From contig NC_092670.1 of the NCBI RefSeq assembly GCF_964355755.1, positions 41,094,388 through 41,158,387 on the forward strand: a stretch of 64,000 nucleotides of DNA, read 5' to 3'. This document shows positions 13,701 through 26,800 of the stretch, one piece after another. A program made the position numbers and the translations under genes. The DNA comes from Antedon mediterranea. Its lineage: Eukaryota; Animalia; Echinodermata. The notes under the pieces were generated by a model. That model had not been told where the DNA came from and searched no databases. It saw only the letters and a program-made list of their open reading frames with translations. Each line of letters opens with the position of its first letter. Positions within the stretch are counted from its first letter, which is position 1.

Positions 13701-16307
13701 GTTTTTTAAAAGTTGTTTATACAATTTAATATAATCAATTGTCAAGCATTATCAAATTGACATTTTTGGGACTCCCCCTCAAATAACTGTAAATTTTAAC
13801 AAAGTACAAGGAAGTAAAAAGGTTCATCAGAGAAATTATATTTAAAGATAAGATTAGATTAATCTAAATTCATACTTCAAAAAGTGTTCCAAACAATACT
13901 GCATTTTAACACATTGCAGCATCTACTTTTAGAGTATTACAATTACATATTAAATATCAAAATTCAGTTTAATCAATACTTGGAAGTGTTTTACCTGCCA
14001 TATTACTAACTTTTATTATTCAAGCATTTATCAAATAAATAGAATAATAATACTATTATAATTATTAATATTATTTACACTATATGACTTAAAACAAATG
14101 TTTCAATCTTTTATTAATTGTAAAGTATAAGTTAGGTTGTCTCCATTATTATGGTTTCTGCACAGAAATGCAAACAAATAAAGTAATAAAATAGTGAAAT
14201 AATAAATTATTATTACCTTTATCAGAAAATTAGTTAGATGTATGTTTAGCATGTTTGTTTAAACCTATTCTCTACTCTACTATATCCTTATACTTGTTAT
14301 CAAATGCACTTGATCATATTTTGTGTAATTCAAAAGAAATGATTACTCAGAGCGGTGTCGTATCGGTTGGTCTGAGTGACCACTGCCTTATTTACTGTAC
14401 TAGGAAAAAAATGAAACTTAAAAATAACAATCATAATACTGTGAAGATCAGATCATCCCTTAAAAAATATAATGTAAACGATTACAAGTCGAAATTAAAC
14501 GATGTAACTTGGAATGAAATTGAAAGTATTCCTGATGTTAATTTTGCCTGGAATTATTTCAAAGAAACATTGACTAATATTATTGATTATTATTAACTTC
14601 TATCTTAAAAAAATTAAAGAAAACAGAAATAATCCTAAAAAGCTATGGAAATACCTTAAGGACATTGGCTATAGTACTAAGAGGAAAGAATGTAAAAAAT
14701 TTTTTTTTTAGATATTGATGGTAACGCATGTTTTAATAATTGTTCTATATCTAATTACTTTAATGACTATTTTACAAATATTGCATCTGACCTTGTATCC
14801 GAACTGCCTATGTGCAATAATTATATTTTTGATACTAATTCTGAGCATTTTAAATCTTTTTATAATTCTAGAAATGTACTGCCGAATAAGTTTATACTGT
14901 CCGAAGTTAATGAAGAGACCATATTTCATGAACTAAACAAACTAAACGCTAATAAAGGACCAGGACTCGATAATCTTCCAGCCAGATTCTTAAAAGATGG
15001 CGCAATTATCCTTAAGAAGCCTGTAACCTATATTGTAAAACAATCTATAAGTAAAAAAGTAGTTCCAAATGATATGAAAACGGCGAAGGTTTTGCCTCTT
15101 CACAAGAAAGGTTCGAAAGATGTGAGAAACTACAGACCCATTAGTATTTTAAGTAGCATGTCTAAACTCTTAGAAAGAGTGGTTTATGATAAACTCGAAA
15201 AGTACTTGTTTGAAAATAAGTTACTTTATGAATTTCAAAGTGGTTTCAGAAGAACCTTCTCTACCGACTCAATCCTCATTCACTTAAACGATTTTATTAG
15301 AACACAGATTTCAAAAGGCAATTATGCTGGCATGGTCATGCTTGACCTGCAAAAAGCCTTCGACACAGTCGACCATTCTATTCTGTGTAAAAAATTAGAA
15401 GCTATGGGGGTTGGGTCGGTAGAATGGTTCCGGTCTTATTTATCTATTAGAAGACAGATTGTTTGTATCGATGGAACTTTTTCAGAACCCAAACTTTGTA
15501 CACATGGAGTTCCACAAGGTAGCATATTAGGTCCGCTTCTGTTTATATGTTACATTAATGATATGTCAATATGCATTGAGAATGACTGTAAATTGTTATT
15601 ATACGCTGATGATAGCGCAATGTTGGTGGCCCATCGTGACCCAGTATATATTTCTAATAAACTAGGGCATAATATGGAAGTATACAATAACTGGTTGGTT
15701 GAAAATAAATTATCCATGCACCCACAAAAAACGGAGTGCATCATTTTTGGATCCAAAAAGAAATTAAAGAATATCGAACAATTCGAAGTCCTCTATAATG
15801 AACATACCATCCATAGTTGCAATTCCATTAAATACCTTGGTTTACAAATAGATAATTGTGTGTCTAATGAAGAATATGTTAACAATATAATTAAAAAAGC
15901 AAATTCCAGATTAAAGTTCATGTACAGACAAGCTAGCTGTTTGGACATGCAAAGTCGTAAGCTGTTATGCACGGCGTTAATTCAAAGTATTCTTGATTAT
16001 GCTGTCTCGTCCTGGTATTGTGGTATCAGTATATATATATATATATCACACCAGGCGGTTTAGAATTAACTTTCTATGCCTAATGTGTTTATATAATATA
16101 TAAACTGTACTAAATAATAATGACGTTATCCAAATTCCTTCACTTGCACTGATGAAGGGCTAGTGTTGCCCGAAAGCTCTGCTAACTTTTCTGGCTGTTT
16201 ACTTTATCGTTTTGATTTAGCTTTTCGCTTTTTATTTTTGTATCTCCATTAAGATCCAGCCACTGATACCCACAGCATTGTCATTTTTTTCAGTAATTTG
16301 CCTTTGG

Positions 16308-16349
<42 letters not shown>

Positions 16350-19300
16350 TTTTATTTCTAGGGCCGCCTTAACTGTCGTGTAAGAGTTTAATTTTAGGTT
16401 ATTTCTCATGAAAGTTATTTTTATATTATTATAGGAAATTACCAAGGTAGACGAACCATTGTAATACTAAGTGAAGTTTCAATGAACATTAAAAAATAGA
16501 TTAAAGACAAGTATCTACCCAAACAATACTGATAGAGTACAGGAATTTTCAGAATAATTTAACTGTACAGTATACAAATAAGTTGTTATGACAATACCTA
16601 CTATAGGAAAGTTCAAAGTATGTATTTTGTCAACAAAGAAAATACCATTGTTTATCAACAAAATAAAAGTAAACAATTATTATTTGCCTTTCTAAGTAAT
16701 CTACCAAATTAAATGATTTAAATGATGACAATAAAGGAGAATAAGATTCTTGAAAATCAAAGCATAAAATTCTCAAAATGTGTGGTCTGTTTATTTTGAG
16801 TAGTTACTTACACTGCAATTATACAAACTTTGTATTATTAATATTTTTTATCAAAGTTTCAATGGAAAGACATTTCAACATCATTGTCTGTAATCTATGA
16901 TTAGATATTTTATTGATCAGCATTGTAATCAGTGTTTGCTTATCTAACACAAAAAAAAGTGGAAACAAATTTGTTTAAAAGTTTTAAAAAACCTTCAATG
17001 GCTAACAAGTAACGTGAATGTTTGTATAAAAAGAAACAATTGGGATCTTAATAATAAGAATTCAGACTTTATTGTAGTAGAAAAAAACAAGGCAATAGGT
17101 AAAGGTTAAACCAGGGAGAAACATACTATATATTCTGCTCAAGAACCATCTTCTTGTTTAGTTGCTTCCTTTTTCCTATTTTTTCTTCTGAGATGACCAA
17201 TTTAATTTCATTAAATTTTTTATTCTAAATTGTTTTGTGCTTTATTTTATCTATATAAATTATATTTATTTTACTTTAATTGTTATTGTTACATGTTTAT
17301 GTCTCGTCATGATGTATTCTTGTGAGGGTTCCTAATGATCAGCTTCGGCTAGATGGACCACCCTCATAAAATATTGTTGAAATAAATAAATAAACATTAA
17401 AAATGTAAACTAAAGTGAAAAACACATTTCAATGAAACAAGGACCATAAAGTGTCTTTTGCTAAACATACAAAATGCAAGAAAATTAAGAAAAATTTAAA
17501 AAGGTGAGTTTTTAAAGTTACCTTAAAATTAGCAATTAAACTGAGAATCTTTAAATCGTTATATATTTTTTTAGCAGTGAATATAGTTAATGATAAACTA
17601 AGAGGTTTCATGGTATAAAGCCTTGTCTACACTATCAAACTATCAAAAAAAAATGTGATGTGCCCATATATGGACATGATGATGTCATATCATTACCATA
17701 TTTGGGAATATCACTACTTTATTTATATTTATCACACTTTTTTTTGTCAAACTTGTTTGATAGTGGAGACAGAGCTTAATAAGACACTAACCTGAGTATG
17801 TCTCCTTGATTAAGATTGAGTAAAACATTATAACCTCTGAACTCTGCTTCATTTGGGCAAACCGTTCCTTCTTCATCTAAATCGGAGTAAAACTGCTTTA
17901 AACTCTGAAGACATTTTGTCAAATTCTCGTTATTTATCTTTGGGTCAAATGCTCGAGTACCTGCTTCACATAGACGATGTGCGCAGTAAATATGAAACCT
18001 ATAAATAGAATAGAAATTACTACATTAAGTTTTGTATTCAGAATTTCACATGTGTTAAGTTCATAGATCTTGAGGGTGGATATAACATTTCAAGAGTTAC
18101 AAATGACAGATTTATTAAATTGGTATTGATCTAGTCTAGGTTCAAGACTGCGTTTTGACTTTGGCACATTTAATGACTGGTGGACTAATATACAAAATGC
18201 AAATTAAATACAGACTTCAGCAAGCCTAGTTCTGGTAAATAAATGTTCACACAATTTTTGATAATAAAAAAAACCATTTATAACATAACATAACACAGTT
18301 ATATAACAATCATATTCAGAAACATTATTTCTCATTCTATTTTGAGAATGGTTTTTGATATAATTATTTTTAAATATGTATATGTATAATACATGGCCTG
18401 TCACTATTTAAAAAGATTTTGCTAATAATTATTAATAACCCAACTATTATACAGTACACTATAAGGTTCTGAAACATTAAAAAAAATCCCTCTGAATTCC
18501 ATTTCATTTATATTTGTTGTGAATATAAAAGGAGCAGTGGAGTGTAAACACAAAGTAAACATGTAGATGAGATTTGAATAGAATACACAATATAAAATTC
18601 CCCTGGAAGAAACTTTTTGAATATTTGAACTTTAAACTTATTCTATAAAATAAATTAGTAGCAACATAAAAATATCTATTTTACAAAATTTACATACAGC
18701 CATATTATATGCTAACTCCCTACTATTTTCGAAAGAAAACAAAACACTGGGTTATTTTAAATGCATAGTCCGATATGTACAGGGGACCTCCAGTTTTAAA
18801 TCTACCACCATAACAATGGTCGAGGAGTGCCTTGAACCTGTCCTGACATGGTTTGTCAGTTCACTCAACTCGACCTCTGCATTATTCATTCTTTATAAGC
18901 CTTCAAACCTGTTACAAAATCTTTATTTGCTATAAAATCTACTGATGCAAGATTTCTCAAGGATCACAATCGCTAAGCAGAATTTATTATCTTATACAAT
19001 GTAATTTTCATCAGACAATGATTCTATATGTTATTGTAGACAGCACCCTCTATGGGGCCTTTTTTCAGCTGATGAGTTGGATGTAAACGTTGGAAAGTTT
19101 TTCTGTCCTTTTTCTTCACTATATTCCTGTAACTTTTAATCCTTTTTTCTAATATCTTTTAAAAATGTTTTACAAACCTTGCACACTTTTCAACGAGATC
19201 TACAGCTGTCAAGTTACATAAATGTTGCTGTGTTATATCCTTTCTGATACCACGAGTTCTATTCCAAACAAAATCAAACCAATCTGCCCATCTACCCTCA

Positions 19301-22300
19301 CCCTTGTCCATGATAGATGTTAACAAGTAATCCATTGTCATATTAAGAACTGCCGAAGGTCGAAGTTCATGAGGCAATGGGGCTTCCTATATGAATAAAA
19401 AATATCTTATTGAGGAATGTTAAAATTTGGTAGAAATTCATCTCAAACCAACCACTCTCAGCTGATTTAAATATGCTTAGCCTAAGATTTAATAATTTAG
19501 ATGATTTATATACTTGTTGTTTAAGAATGAGGCTGATAACAATAACTTACTTGGTCTGCAGATGATCTACTATACTCTTTAACAGCTATAGCATGGTTTA
19601 TTTGTGGGTTCTGAAAATAATTGATGATCACATATTTAAGCAGTTTTACTTTGACTTTTACTCAAAGCAATAAAATACAAATCATAATTTTCAGGACTCA
19701 ATATTCCAATATTATACAGTGTCATCATCAGGATAAGCAATATAGCCTATTATACAGTGTCATCATCAGGATAAGCAATATAGCCTATTATACAGTGTCA
19801 TCATCAGGATAAGCAATTTAGCCTATTATACAGTGTCATCATCAGGATAAGCAATATAGCCTATTATACAGTGTCATCATCAGGATAAGCAATATAGCCT
19901 ATTATACAGTGTCATCATCAGGATAAGCAATTTAGCCTATTATACAGTGTCATCATCAGGATAAGCAATATAGCCTATTATACAGTGTCATCATCAGGAT
20001 AAGCAATATAGCCTATTATACAGTGTCATCATCAGGATAAGCAATATAGCCTATTATACAGTGTCATCATCAGGATAAGCAATTTAGCCTATTATACAGT
20101 GTCATCATCAGGATAAGCAATATAGCCTATTATACAGTGTCATCATCAGGATAAGCAATATAGCCTATTATACAGTGTCATCATCAGGATAAGCAATTTA
20201 GCCTATTATACAGTGTCATCATCAGGATAAGCAATATAGCCTATTATACAGTGTCATCATCAGGATAAGCAATATAGCCTATTATACAGTGTCATCATCA
20301 GGATAAGCAATATAGCCTATTATACAGTGTCATCATCAGGATAAGCAATATAGCCTATTATACAGTGTCATCATCAGGATAAGCAATATAGCCTATTATA
20401 CAGTGTCATCATCAGGATAAGCAATTTAGCCTATTATACAGTGTCATCATCAGGATAAGCAATATAGCCTATTATACAGTGTCATCATCAGGATAAGCAA
20501 TATAGCCTATTATACAGTGTCATCATCAGGATAAGCAATTTAGCCTATTATACAGTGTCATCATCAGGATAAGCAATATAGCCTATTATACAGTGTCATC
20601 ATCAGGATAAGCAATATAGCCTATTATACAGTGTCATCATCAGGATAAGCAATATAGCCTATTATACAGTGTCATCATCAGGACAAGCAATATAGCCTTG
20701 TTGAAAATCAACAAGAGAAAGCTCAATCAAAATTCATGGAAACCAAAACACCGTAGTGGTCATATTCACTGATCACTTAAGTGATAATTCAAAAATCAAT
20801 CAATAAATATTTAAGGCAAAATTATTACTACCCCACTATCAATTAAACTTTCTTCTTAAATTACTGTATAGTATGAATTACACTTTAATGTATAGATTGA
20901 TTGTATTACAGAAAATAGAGCAGAATATGTACCTTATCAGTACCAGGGATCATTTCAAATACATGTACTCTTCTTTGCACCTCTCTCATATAACGCTCTT
21001 TCTCTGGACACATGTCACGGCATGATCCTCTGACAGCACTAGCTCTGGACAGCTCTTCTTGCTTCTTGCTACCTTGAGCTTCAACAAAACAAATTTTAAA
21101 TCAATAAGAACAACCTTCCTTTCTAAACATTATTGTTCTTGTCGCTTTTTTCTTTGGATGTTTCTACTCTATTTATATGAAACTTTTGACATGGTGCACA
21201 CATTGAACAACACTCTATTTATATGAAACTTTTGGCATGGTGCACACATTGAACAACACTCTATTTATATGAAACTTTTGACATGGTGCACACATTGAAC
21301 AACACTCTATTTATATGAAACTTTTGACATGGTGCACACATTGAACAACACTCTATTTATATGAAACTTTTGACATGGTGCACACATTGAACAACACTCT
21401 ATTTATATGAAACTTTTGACATGGTGCACACATTGAACAACACTCTATTTATATGAAACTTTTGACATGGTGCACACATTGAACAACACTCTATTTATAT
21501 GAAACTTTTGACATGGTGTACACATTGAACAACACTCTATTTATATGAAACTTTTGACATGGTGCACACATTGAACAACAAGTCATTGGAAGAGCTTTAA
21601 ATGAGGCGCAGTTGTTGAATTGTAATATTCAATGGAAGAGGGAAAAGGAACATACTGTAATTTAGCTGAAGGAAAGTTGCTGAAGGTGAAAGGTATGTAG
21701 CCTGGGAGAACTGATGAGAAGATGAAAAAGGTATGTAGCCTGGGAGAACTGATGAGAAGATGAAAAAGGTATGTAGCCTGGGAGAACTGATGAGAAGGTG
21801 AAAAAAGGTATGTAGCCTGGGAGAACTGATGAGAAGATGAAAAGGGTATGTAGCCTGGGAGAACTGATGAGAAGGTGAAAAAAGGTATGTAGCCTGGGAG
21901 AACTGATGAGAAGATGAAAAAAGGTATGTAGCATGGGAAAACTGATGAGAAGATGAAAAAAGGTATGTAGCCTGGGAGAACTGATGAGAAGATGAAAAAA
22001 GGTATGTAGCCTGGGAGAACTGATGAGAAGGTGAAAAGGGTATGTAGCCTGGGAGAACTGATGAGAAGGTGAAAAAAGCTATGTAGCCTGGGAGAACTGA
22101 TGAGAAGGTGAAAAGGGTATGTAGCCTGGAAGAACTGATGAGAAGATGAAAAGGGTATGTAGCCTGGGAGAACTGATGAGAAGGTGAAAAAAGGTATGTA
22201 GCCTGGGAGAACTGATGAGAAGATGAAAAGGGTATGTAGCCTGGGAGAACTGATGAGAAGGTGAAAAAAGGTATGTAGCCTGGGAGAACTGATGAGAAGA

Positions 22301-25300
22301 TGAAAAAAGGTATGTAGCCTGGGAGAACTGATGAGAAGATGAAAAAAGGTATGTAGCCTGGGAGAACTGATGAGAAGATGAAAAAAGGTATGTAGCCTGG
22401 GAGAACTGATGAGAAGATGAAAAAAGGTATGTAGCCTGGGAGAACTGATGAGAAGATGAAAAGTTGGACATAGAATAAGTATTGGCTTATTCTGTATATA
22501 CTGAAGTAAAGTGGCAGATGAGGCTTTGATTTAAAAACAGACCAACAGTAGTAAAGTCCTGAGAGAAAATTGTATGGAAAAAGAAGAGAATATATGATGT
22601 TAATAAGTAATTTGGATGTTATTTCTACGTAAGAGTATTTATCAATGCCTTGTACCTTGTCTTAGCAGCTTGTCATTGTCCACTAACATCTGGTATCTAT
22701 CAGTTGCAGAGTATGCTGGTGTCTTGGACAATTCGCCTGATAAAACTGAAAGATGCAAACAATTAAATATTAGTGTAATAGGTTATCTAATAGTCTATTG
22801 TTATATCTTTATTTTAAGTTTGTATGTGAGATGACCATCATAATAAAGTTATCTTTTGTCAAGAAATAAAGATAAAAATGTGAAACATACCGATTGCTGC
22901 TGGTTTGTCTGCTGCCACCTGACTGGCTGGTGGTCGGGGGCTTACTTCACGTTTTATAACCGTTTTCCTTGCCTTTGGAACCTCTTTACCATGTACATCT
23001 TGTGATAAATACAGGAAAATATTAGTTTTATTATTACACATTTAAAAGAAATTTCGGTTTGATGAAAACCACTTTTTTTAGGCTGTTTATTTTGTTAACC
23101 TTGTCAGCAAATAAAATGTTTTTTAGTGCGACAATGACATGTTTCAATCAATTATTTGTTCACTGGGTAGATTTCAGTGCCAAAAACATTATTTTAATCT
23201 TCAGTTTTATTTAACTAATTTAAAGATTATTTACCTGTTATAGTAGGTCTGCGAGGTCTTGTTTCCTTTAAGAATATTAACACAGGTTTTACTCCTTCTT
23301 GTAGCTGCTCTCCATGACTTTTGGCTTTCATTGCATCCTCCTAAAATGCATCATTTGATGTCATTGACATAGATTGTCAAAGTACAGCACCACATATGTA
23401 GTGCTATATTATTATGAAAGCTAAAGTAAGTCTACATTGGCTTACTCTTGCTTTATTTAAGTAACTACGTAGCCATAACATCGGCAAGGGTTCGAAGCTC
23501 GCTCGCTCTATGGTTCTGGTGGTAGAACAAATCTCCTTGGATAAGGACTATATCTATCTAGGTTATGTGCACTTTCAAGAACCTAGTACATCTTTCGAGA
23601 CAAGTAGGGGTTACCCCGGTGTACGAGTACACACACATAGCCACTAATCATAAGTGGGCCCTCTGTGAGACCAGTCTTTGACTGAAGAGGTCACCCAGTA
23701 TAAATAACTAACTAACTTACATGATTCCTGAAGGTAATAATAGCACCATGTTTGTCAAGCTGTCGATATATACTTTGTATTCTTCCAAATTTACTAAAAT
23801 GACGATCTAGAAACTCCTTTTTGTTTAGCTCATCAGGTATTCCTCGCACTGAAATCTTTCTACATTTTTCTGGAGATTTAGGAACTTGTCGGGAAATCTG
23901 AGATTTTGGAACTTGTCGAGCAATCTGAGATTTTGGATGGTCTAATCAAGATAAAAAATGCATCTATAAATTTGTTGATAATATTATTCAGTTATGATTG
24001 TTGTTATATATTTTGTATGGATTTCATTATGTTTTTCATGTGGTGTGTTTACAGTTTAAAAGGGTTTGATGTTTATAATATATAGTACAAACTGTACAGT
24101 ACATTGAAACTGAATGTAATGGAAGGGGGAGAAGGTTGTGAGATTAACAGTATAAGGTTGTAAAGATGTTCATAGTAGAAGGTTGTGAGATTAACAGTAT
24201 AAGGTTGTAAAGATGTTCATAGTTTATTTTGTCATTATTATTTTTATGAAAAATACCTTTTTGATGCGCTTTTAAAACTGTTCTTTCTTCTTTAGCTTTG
24301 TCTTTTTTTATCCCAGTTCCTTTTAAAGCTGCACCAAATATGGACCTCTTATGTGGAGAATTTTCAGCTGATTTTGTTTCCCTTTGTGGAAAAGAGCTAG
24401 ATTTTGGCGGACTGCCAGTTCCAAACTTTTCCAAGTCGGAAATATCAACTGAAGCAGGATCTCCGAAGGTGCTGTCGGTGGATTTTGCAATTTTTCGAGA
24501 TTCTTTTCCTTGACCAAACAAGTCCGAATCTCCTTTCCGGCCACGTTTAGAGGCCGGCATATCATGTCGAGTGCGTGGTCTAACACTTGCTTCATTTTTA
24601 CCAGATTTACTATAAGCTGGTTTTCTTTTAAAGTCTATTTTTTTTCCTGTAAATAGTTCCTTAGTGTCACTACCACTGCTACTCGCTGTAACTAATGGTC
24701 CTCCAGTTTCTGGATCAATAGTACTACTAGTACTACCAACAGAATTTTCTTCAACTGTTTTTTTAAAGATACTTTTAGAGGAAGAAATTCCACCAAATAA
24801 TGGTCTCTCCTGGCCAGTCAGTTTCTCAGTTATGTTTCCACCAAAGTTTGATCTTCCTGGACCCTCACTTGTCTCTTGTTTCGTTAAGAACCCGGTAGAA
24901 CTTGTGATTGGTTGCTTTGAAAACCCTGAAAATAGCGGTTTACTACTAAACGGGTTCCTGGTTGGTTTGTCTGCAGTCTGTTGAAACTTAAAGAGGTTTG
25001 TGGTTGGCAACTCACTACCAGAGGCTTGAGCTGCAAATGGATTAACATTTGGAGCTGCTGTGGACATATAAAAGAATTCATACAAAATATTGAGCAGAGA
25101 GGTTTCATTCTATCAGTCAATAAAATTACAGAGTGTGTGGCTTTAAAGAATGCGGCCTTTGGCCTTAATGAAAGTCTCTCTGGTTTTACATTGTCTGCTT
25201 CTAATGTTGATATTTTTTTCTTTCTGGATCAAATAAATCAACTTGTGATTTATGTGACATCAAAGACAGAGGTGTGGTACTTACCAGTACTTGAAAGTTG

Positions 25301-25393
25301 TGAAAATGGTTGATTGGACGTACTACTGCCTGATAAATCTGTAGCAACGGTCCTTCTTAAAAAAGGATTTACACCATCTTCTTTGTCATCCAT
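1661..25393 (-). CDS. MCM3AP: Germinal-center associated nuclear protein GANP / MCM3AP (TREX-2 scaffold, SAC3 family); multi-exon, 3' end lies left of the window
   Basis: GT-AG exons read by hand: 25285-25393 ([14 protein letters not shown]), 24257-25057 (Ser/Phe/FG-rich N-terminus), 23721-23941 and 23235-23340 (RRM: [25 protein letters not shown]), 22891-22998, 22656-22745, 20933-21078 ([16 protein letters not shown]3 hallmark), 19551-19610 ([12 protein letters not shown]), 19178-19386 (PHELRP...[16 protein letters not shown]), 17792-17998 ([16 protein letters not shown]), 10937-11050, 9535-9694, 9282-9434, 8807-8909, 8379-8464, 7819-8057, about 6803-6932, 6038-6241, 5444-5638, 4806-5160 (WSPLDL...YWKLVV), 4399-4593, 3940-4164, 3516-3677, 3249-3378, 2401-2496, 2077-2167, 1661-1833. 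Probable non-coding first exon ends at the donor near 25887. Confidence 0.93.
2582..3127. mobile_element. Non-autonomous DNA transposon with TTAA TSD (Kolobok-like)
   Basis: TTAA|AGATGTATTGTCCCT ... AGGGACAATACATCT|TTAA; no ORF. A related degraded copy is at about 31528-31845. Confidence 0.75.
5192..5352. mobile_element. About 160-bp PIF/Harbinger (Tourist-like) MITE, family A
   Basis: TIR AGCTCTGTCTACACTATCAAACT, with TSD TTA on both sides. Confidence 0.85.
5789..5938 (+). mobile_element. Penelope-like pLTR remnant with 5' inversion and degenerate hammerhead
   Basis: 31-bp inverted repeat at 5790-5857. TTGAGGA-stem-AAAACGTC resembles a decayed CUGANGA...GAAACGUC core. Flanked by the 10-bp direct repeat ATTGGGCTTA (5779-5788, 5939-5948). 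Confidence 0.55.
9027..9215. mobile_element. Palindromic MITE (Harbinger-like)
   Basis: Termini GCCAACTCAGACAGCGT ... ACGCTGTCTGAGTTGGC, with A/T-rich 3-bp flanks. Confidence 0.65.
11979..13160 (+). CDS. Secreted, probably GPI-anchored LRR protein (signal peptide, LRRNT, about 9 LRRs, LRRCT, hydrophobic tail), nested antisense in a GANP intron
   Basis: Intact 393-aa ORF with LxxLxLxxNxL repeats and Cys caps. TATA-like CATATAAAG near 11522, 5' UTR intron (donor about 11602, acceptor TTTTTATACAG at 11970), AATAAA near 13518. Confidence 0.9.
   Translation: MKYPFMTTSIEMRGGKRSPLLMTVSYLAFIIGSSEVFCYRGTPACGTQDGCTFDAEIGILNCKSLKMQTIPLELCPEVKYLDMRYNYLVRLSTQIYNYHPNLEILNLGATGITTITPDVFKKCDSINFVYLDTNEITTLKRRSFDGLTSLQYLYLSANKLSHIKAMIFDPLNKTLLYLDLSHNAIMKIEVGSFQPLTNLKRLFLQKNQLTHINSGMLRGLQSLTHLYLSNNQIKYIPHNTFKNLPNLTDLKLGHNPMVSIHNGALGHLAKLSFLDLMSTQITTLQNISCLFSKSSQLETFYISGTTLVCDASFESWRKWYKGSAVHNLRTTTCVSYDDPPVTMEWWSHNSSSLTPPSINKLLLSQSDLNIGIRNNLSVIVFTAMMILSISFNI
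14300..16030 (+). mobile_element. Truncated, internally deleted CR1/L2-clade LINE (APE endonuclease end plus reverse transcriptase)
   Basis: Motifs LDHIL...GLSDH (APE C-terminus), [43 protein letters not shown]. Cut at a (TA)n tract at 16030. Confidence 0.92.
16046..16312 (+). mobile_element. Penelope-like element 3' end / pLTR inserted in (TA)n
   Basis: Flanked by (TA)n tracts on both sides, contains a hammerhead core, and has a homologous copy at 35897-36680. Confidence 0.7.
16144..16185 (+). ncRNA. Minimal type I hammerhead ribozyme
   Basis: TTGCA-CTGATGA-AGGGC TAGTGTT GCCC-GAAA-GCTC-TGCTAA: intact CUGAUGA and GAAA core, helix II GGGC/GCCC, palindromic AGCT in place of helix III, short helix I GCA/TGC. 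Confidence 0.7.
17619..17776. mobile_element. MITE family A copy
   Basis: Same TIR and internal sequence as 5192-5352; TSD TAA. Confidence 0.85.
19711..20698. repeat. 38-bp minisatellite, about 26 copies
   Basis: Unit ATTATACAGTGTCATCATCAGGATAAGCAATATAGCCT, near-identical copies. Confidence 0.97.
21165..21580. repeat. 46-bp minisatellite, about 9 copies
   Basis: Unit ACTCTATTTATATGAAACTTTTGACATGGTGCACACATTGAACAAC. Confidence 0.97.
21682..22462. repeat. 37-39-bp minisatellite, about 20 copies
   Basis: Unit GAAAAAAGGTATGTAGCCTGGGAGAACTGATGAGAAGRT with a variable A-run. Confidence 0.97.
23470..23716 (+). mobile_element. Probable tRNA-derived SINE, 5' degraded, with (TAAC)n tail
   Basis: B-box-like GGTTCGAAGC at about 23489, GC-richer body, TAACTAACTAAC tail. 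Confidence 0.55.
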
Positions 25394-26642
25394 TATTCCA
25401 GTACAATCTTAGATAATAAATGAAAAAGAGTTGCATACACTACAACAAGTGAAGGAATACGATAGGCTGCCGCTTGCATGGGAAAATAAATAAATATATT
25501 AAAAAAAACCAGTAATGTTTGTTTTAAAAAAAGAGGCAATAATAAAAGTATATTGAATTGTGCATTTTTACACTATTTTTACACAAATTATTACAGAATT
25601 TTCCAAAAGTGGGTCGAAACGACTCACAAAGGTCACCCATCTTTACAGAACGAGTTTATGCTAGGCCTATATGTTTGGCATGCAGTGGTACAAACAAGCC
25701 TAGGCCTACACCAACAAGACAAGGCCTTGATAATACACGTAGAATTCGTTAATTAAGAATTATTCTTATTTATTCTATAAATCCATTTATATTTTCACTT
25801 AATACTATATACTACTATAATTTCGTTAACATTAGGTATGTCGTCATGAGCCGTAAAACTGTAAATAAGAAATCGGAAAATACTTACAAACAAACGGTCG
25901 TGTGGTGTGTGTGTGTGTGTGTGAGATTATTGAAATTAAATGAACATAGAGGGGGGGAATACAAAAAAGTTTAACCAAAACTTTAAAATTGTTCTGCGTG
26001 CTCTTCATATAAATCATGTAGTTAAATTCATATCAATAAAAAAATATATTTTTGTTTCTTTTCTTCATTATTTTTTCTTTTTACACATTCATCTTATAAT
26101 CATTATAAAACTAAAAAATCACAAACGAGTGACCGATTTAGACGGCGAAACAAACCACACAAAAAGAATCTACTTATATTAAAATTGAATCAACGAATTA
26201 TTAAAACACGCTATAGAAGCAATAATTTAGCCCTACATGTGATCATTGAAACATGAATTTGAAATCAATCATGTGTGTCGGCTAATCCCTGAATTTAAAT
26301 TCACCAGAAGTAAGATAGCCAAGAGTGAGAATTACTTTACAAAGTAATACCATTGTCACCCACTCTCTGTTCAGTGAAGTGGAGTGACGACAAACAATCA
26401 GTGGTTTACATATAAGCCAACTGTACCTGGCTGACGTATCATGCACAGCAAAATGGCTCTAAGATCTTACTTAAACTTAAACCTCCATTTGATTTGTGTA
26501 AGTTGATTTACTTATTTATTGAATTTAAGTATTATAATCAATTAAGTAACTCCTAGACCAATGGGGAAACCTCTAACCATGGACCTATAAGTCCATGATG
26601 CTCTAACAATCATTAACAATTTGACCGGCTTATCAACAGTAA

Positions 26643-26800
26643 AGCTCTACATACAATATCAAACTAGTTTTACCAAAAAAGTGTGATGTGCCCATATATG
26701 TAGTGATATTCCCAAATATGGTAGTGATATGACATCAACATGTCCATATATATGGGCACATCACATTTTTTCGTCACATAAAGTTTGATAGTGTAGATAC
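26643..26800. mobile_element. MITE family A copy (inverted, diverged)
   Basis: Reverse complement of the 5192-5352 internal sequence. Confidence 0.75.

Noticed and set aside
19711-20698. CTGATGA in the reverse complement of the 38-bp unit as a ribozyme or snoRNA box
   Set aside because: No GAAA partner or terminal stem; a simple minisatellite.
21682-22462. Tandem hammerheads (CTGATGA...GAAA in each unit)
   Set aside because: Only GAAGAT or GAAGGT lies between the boxes, so no helix II can form, and there is no helix I/III complementarity.
24298-25313. Plus-strand ORFs overlapping the large GANP exon
   Set aside because: Antisense shadows of a real coding exon.
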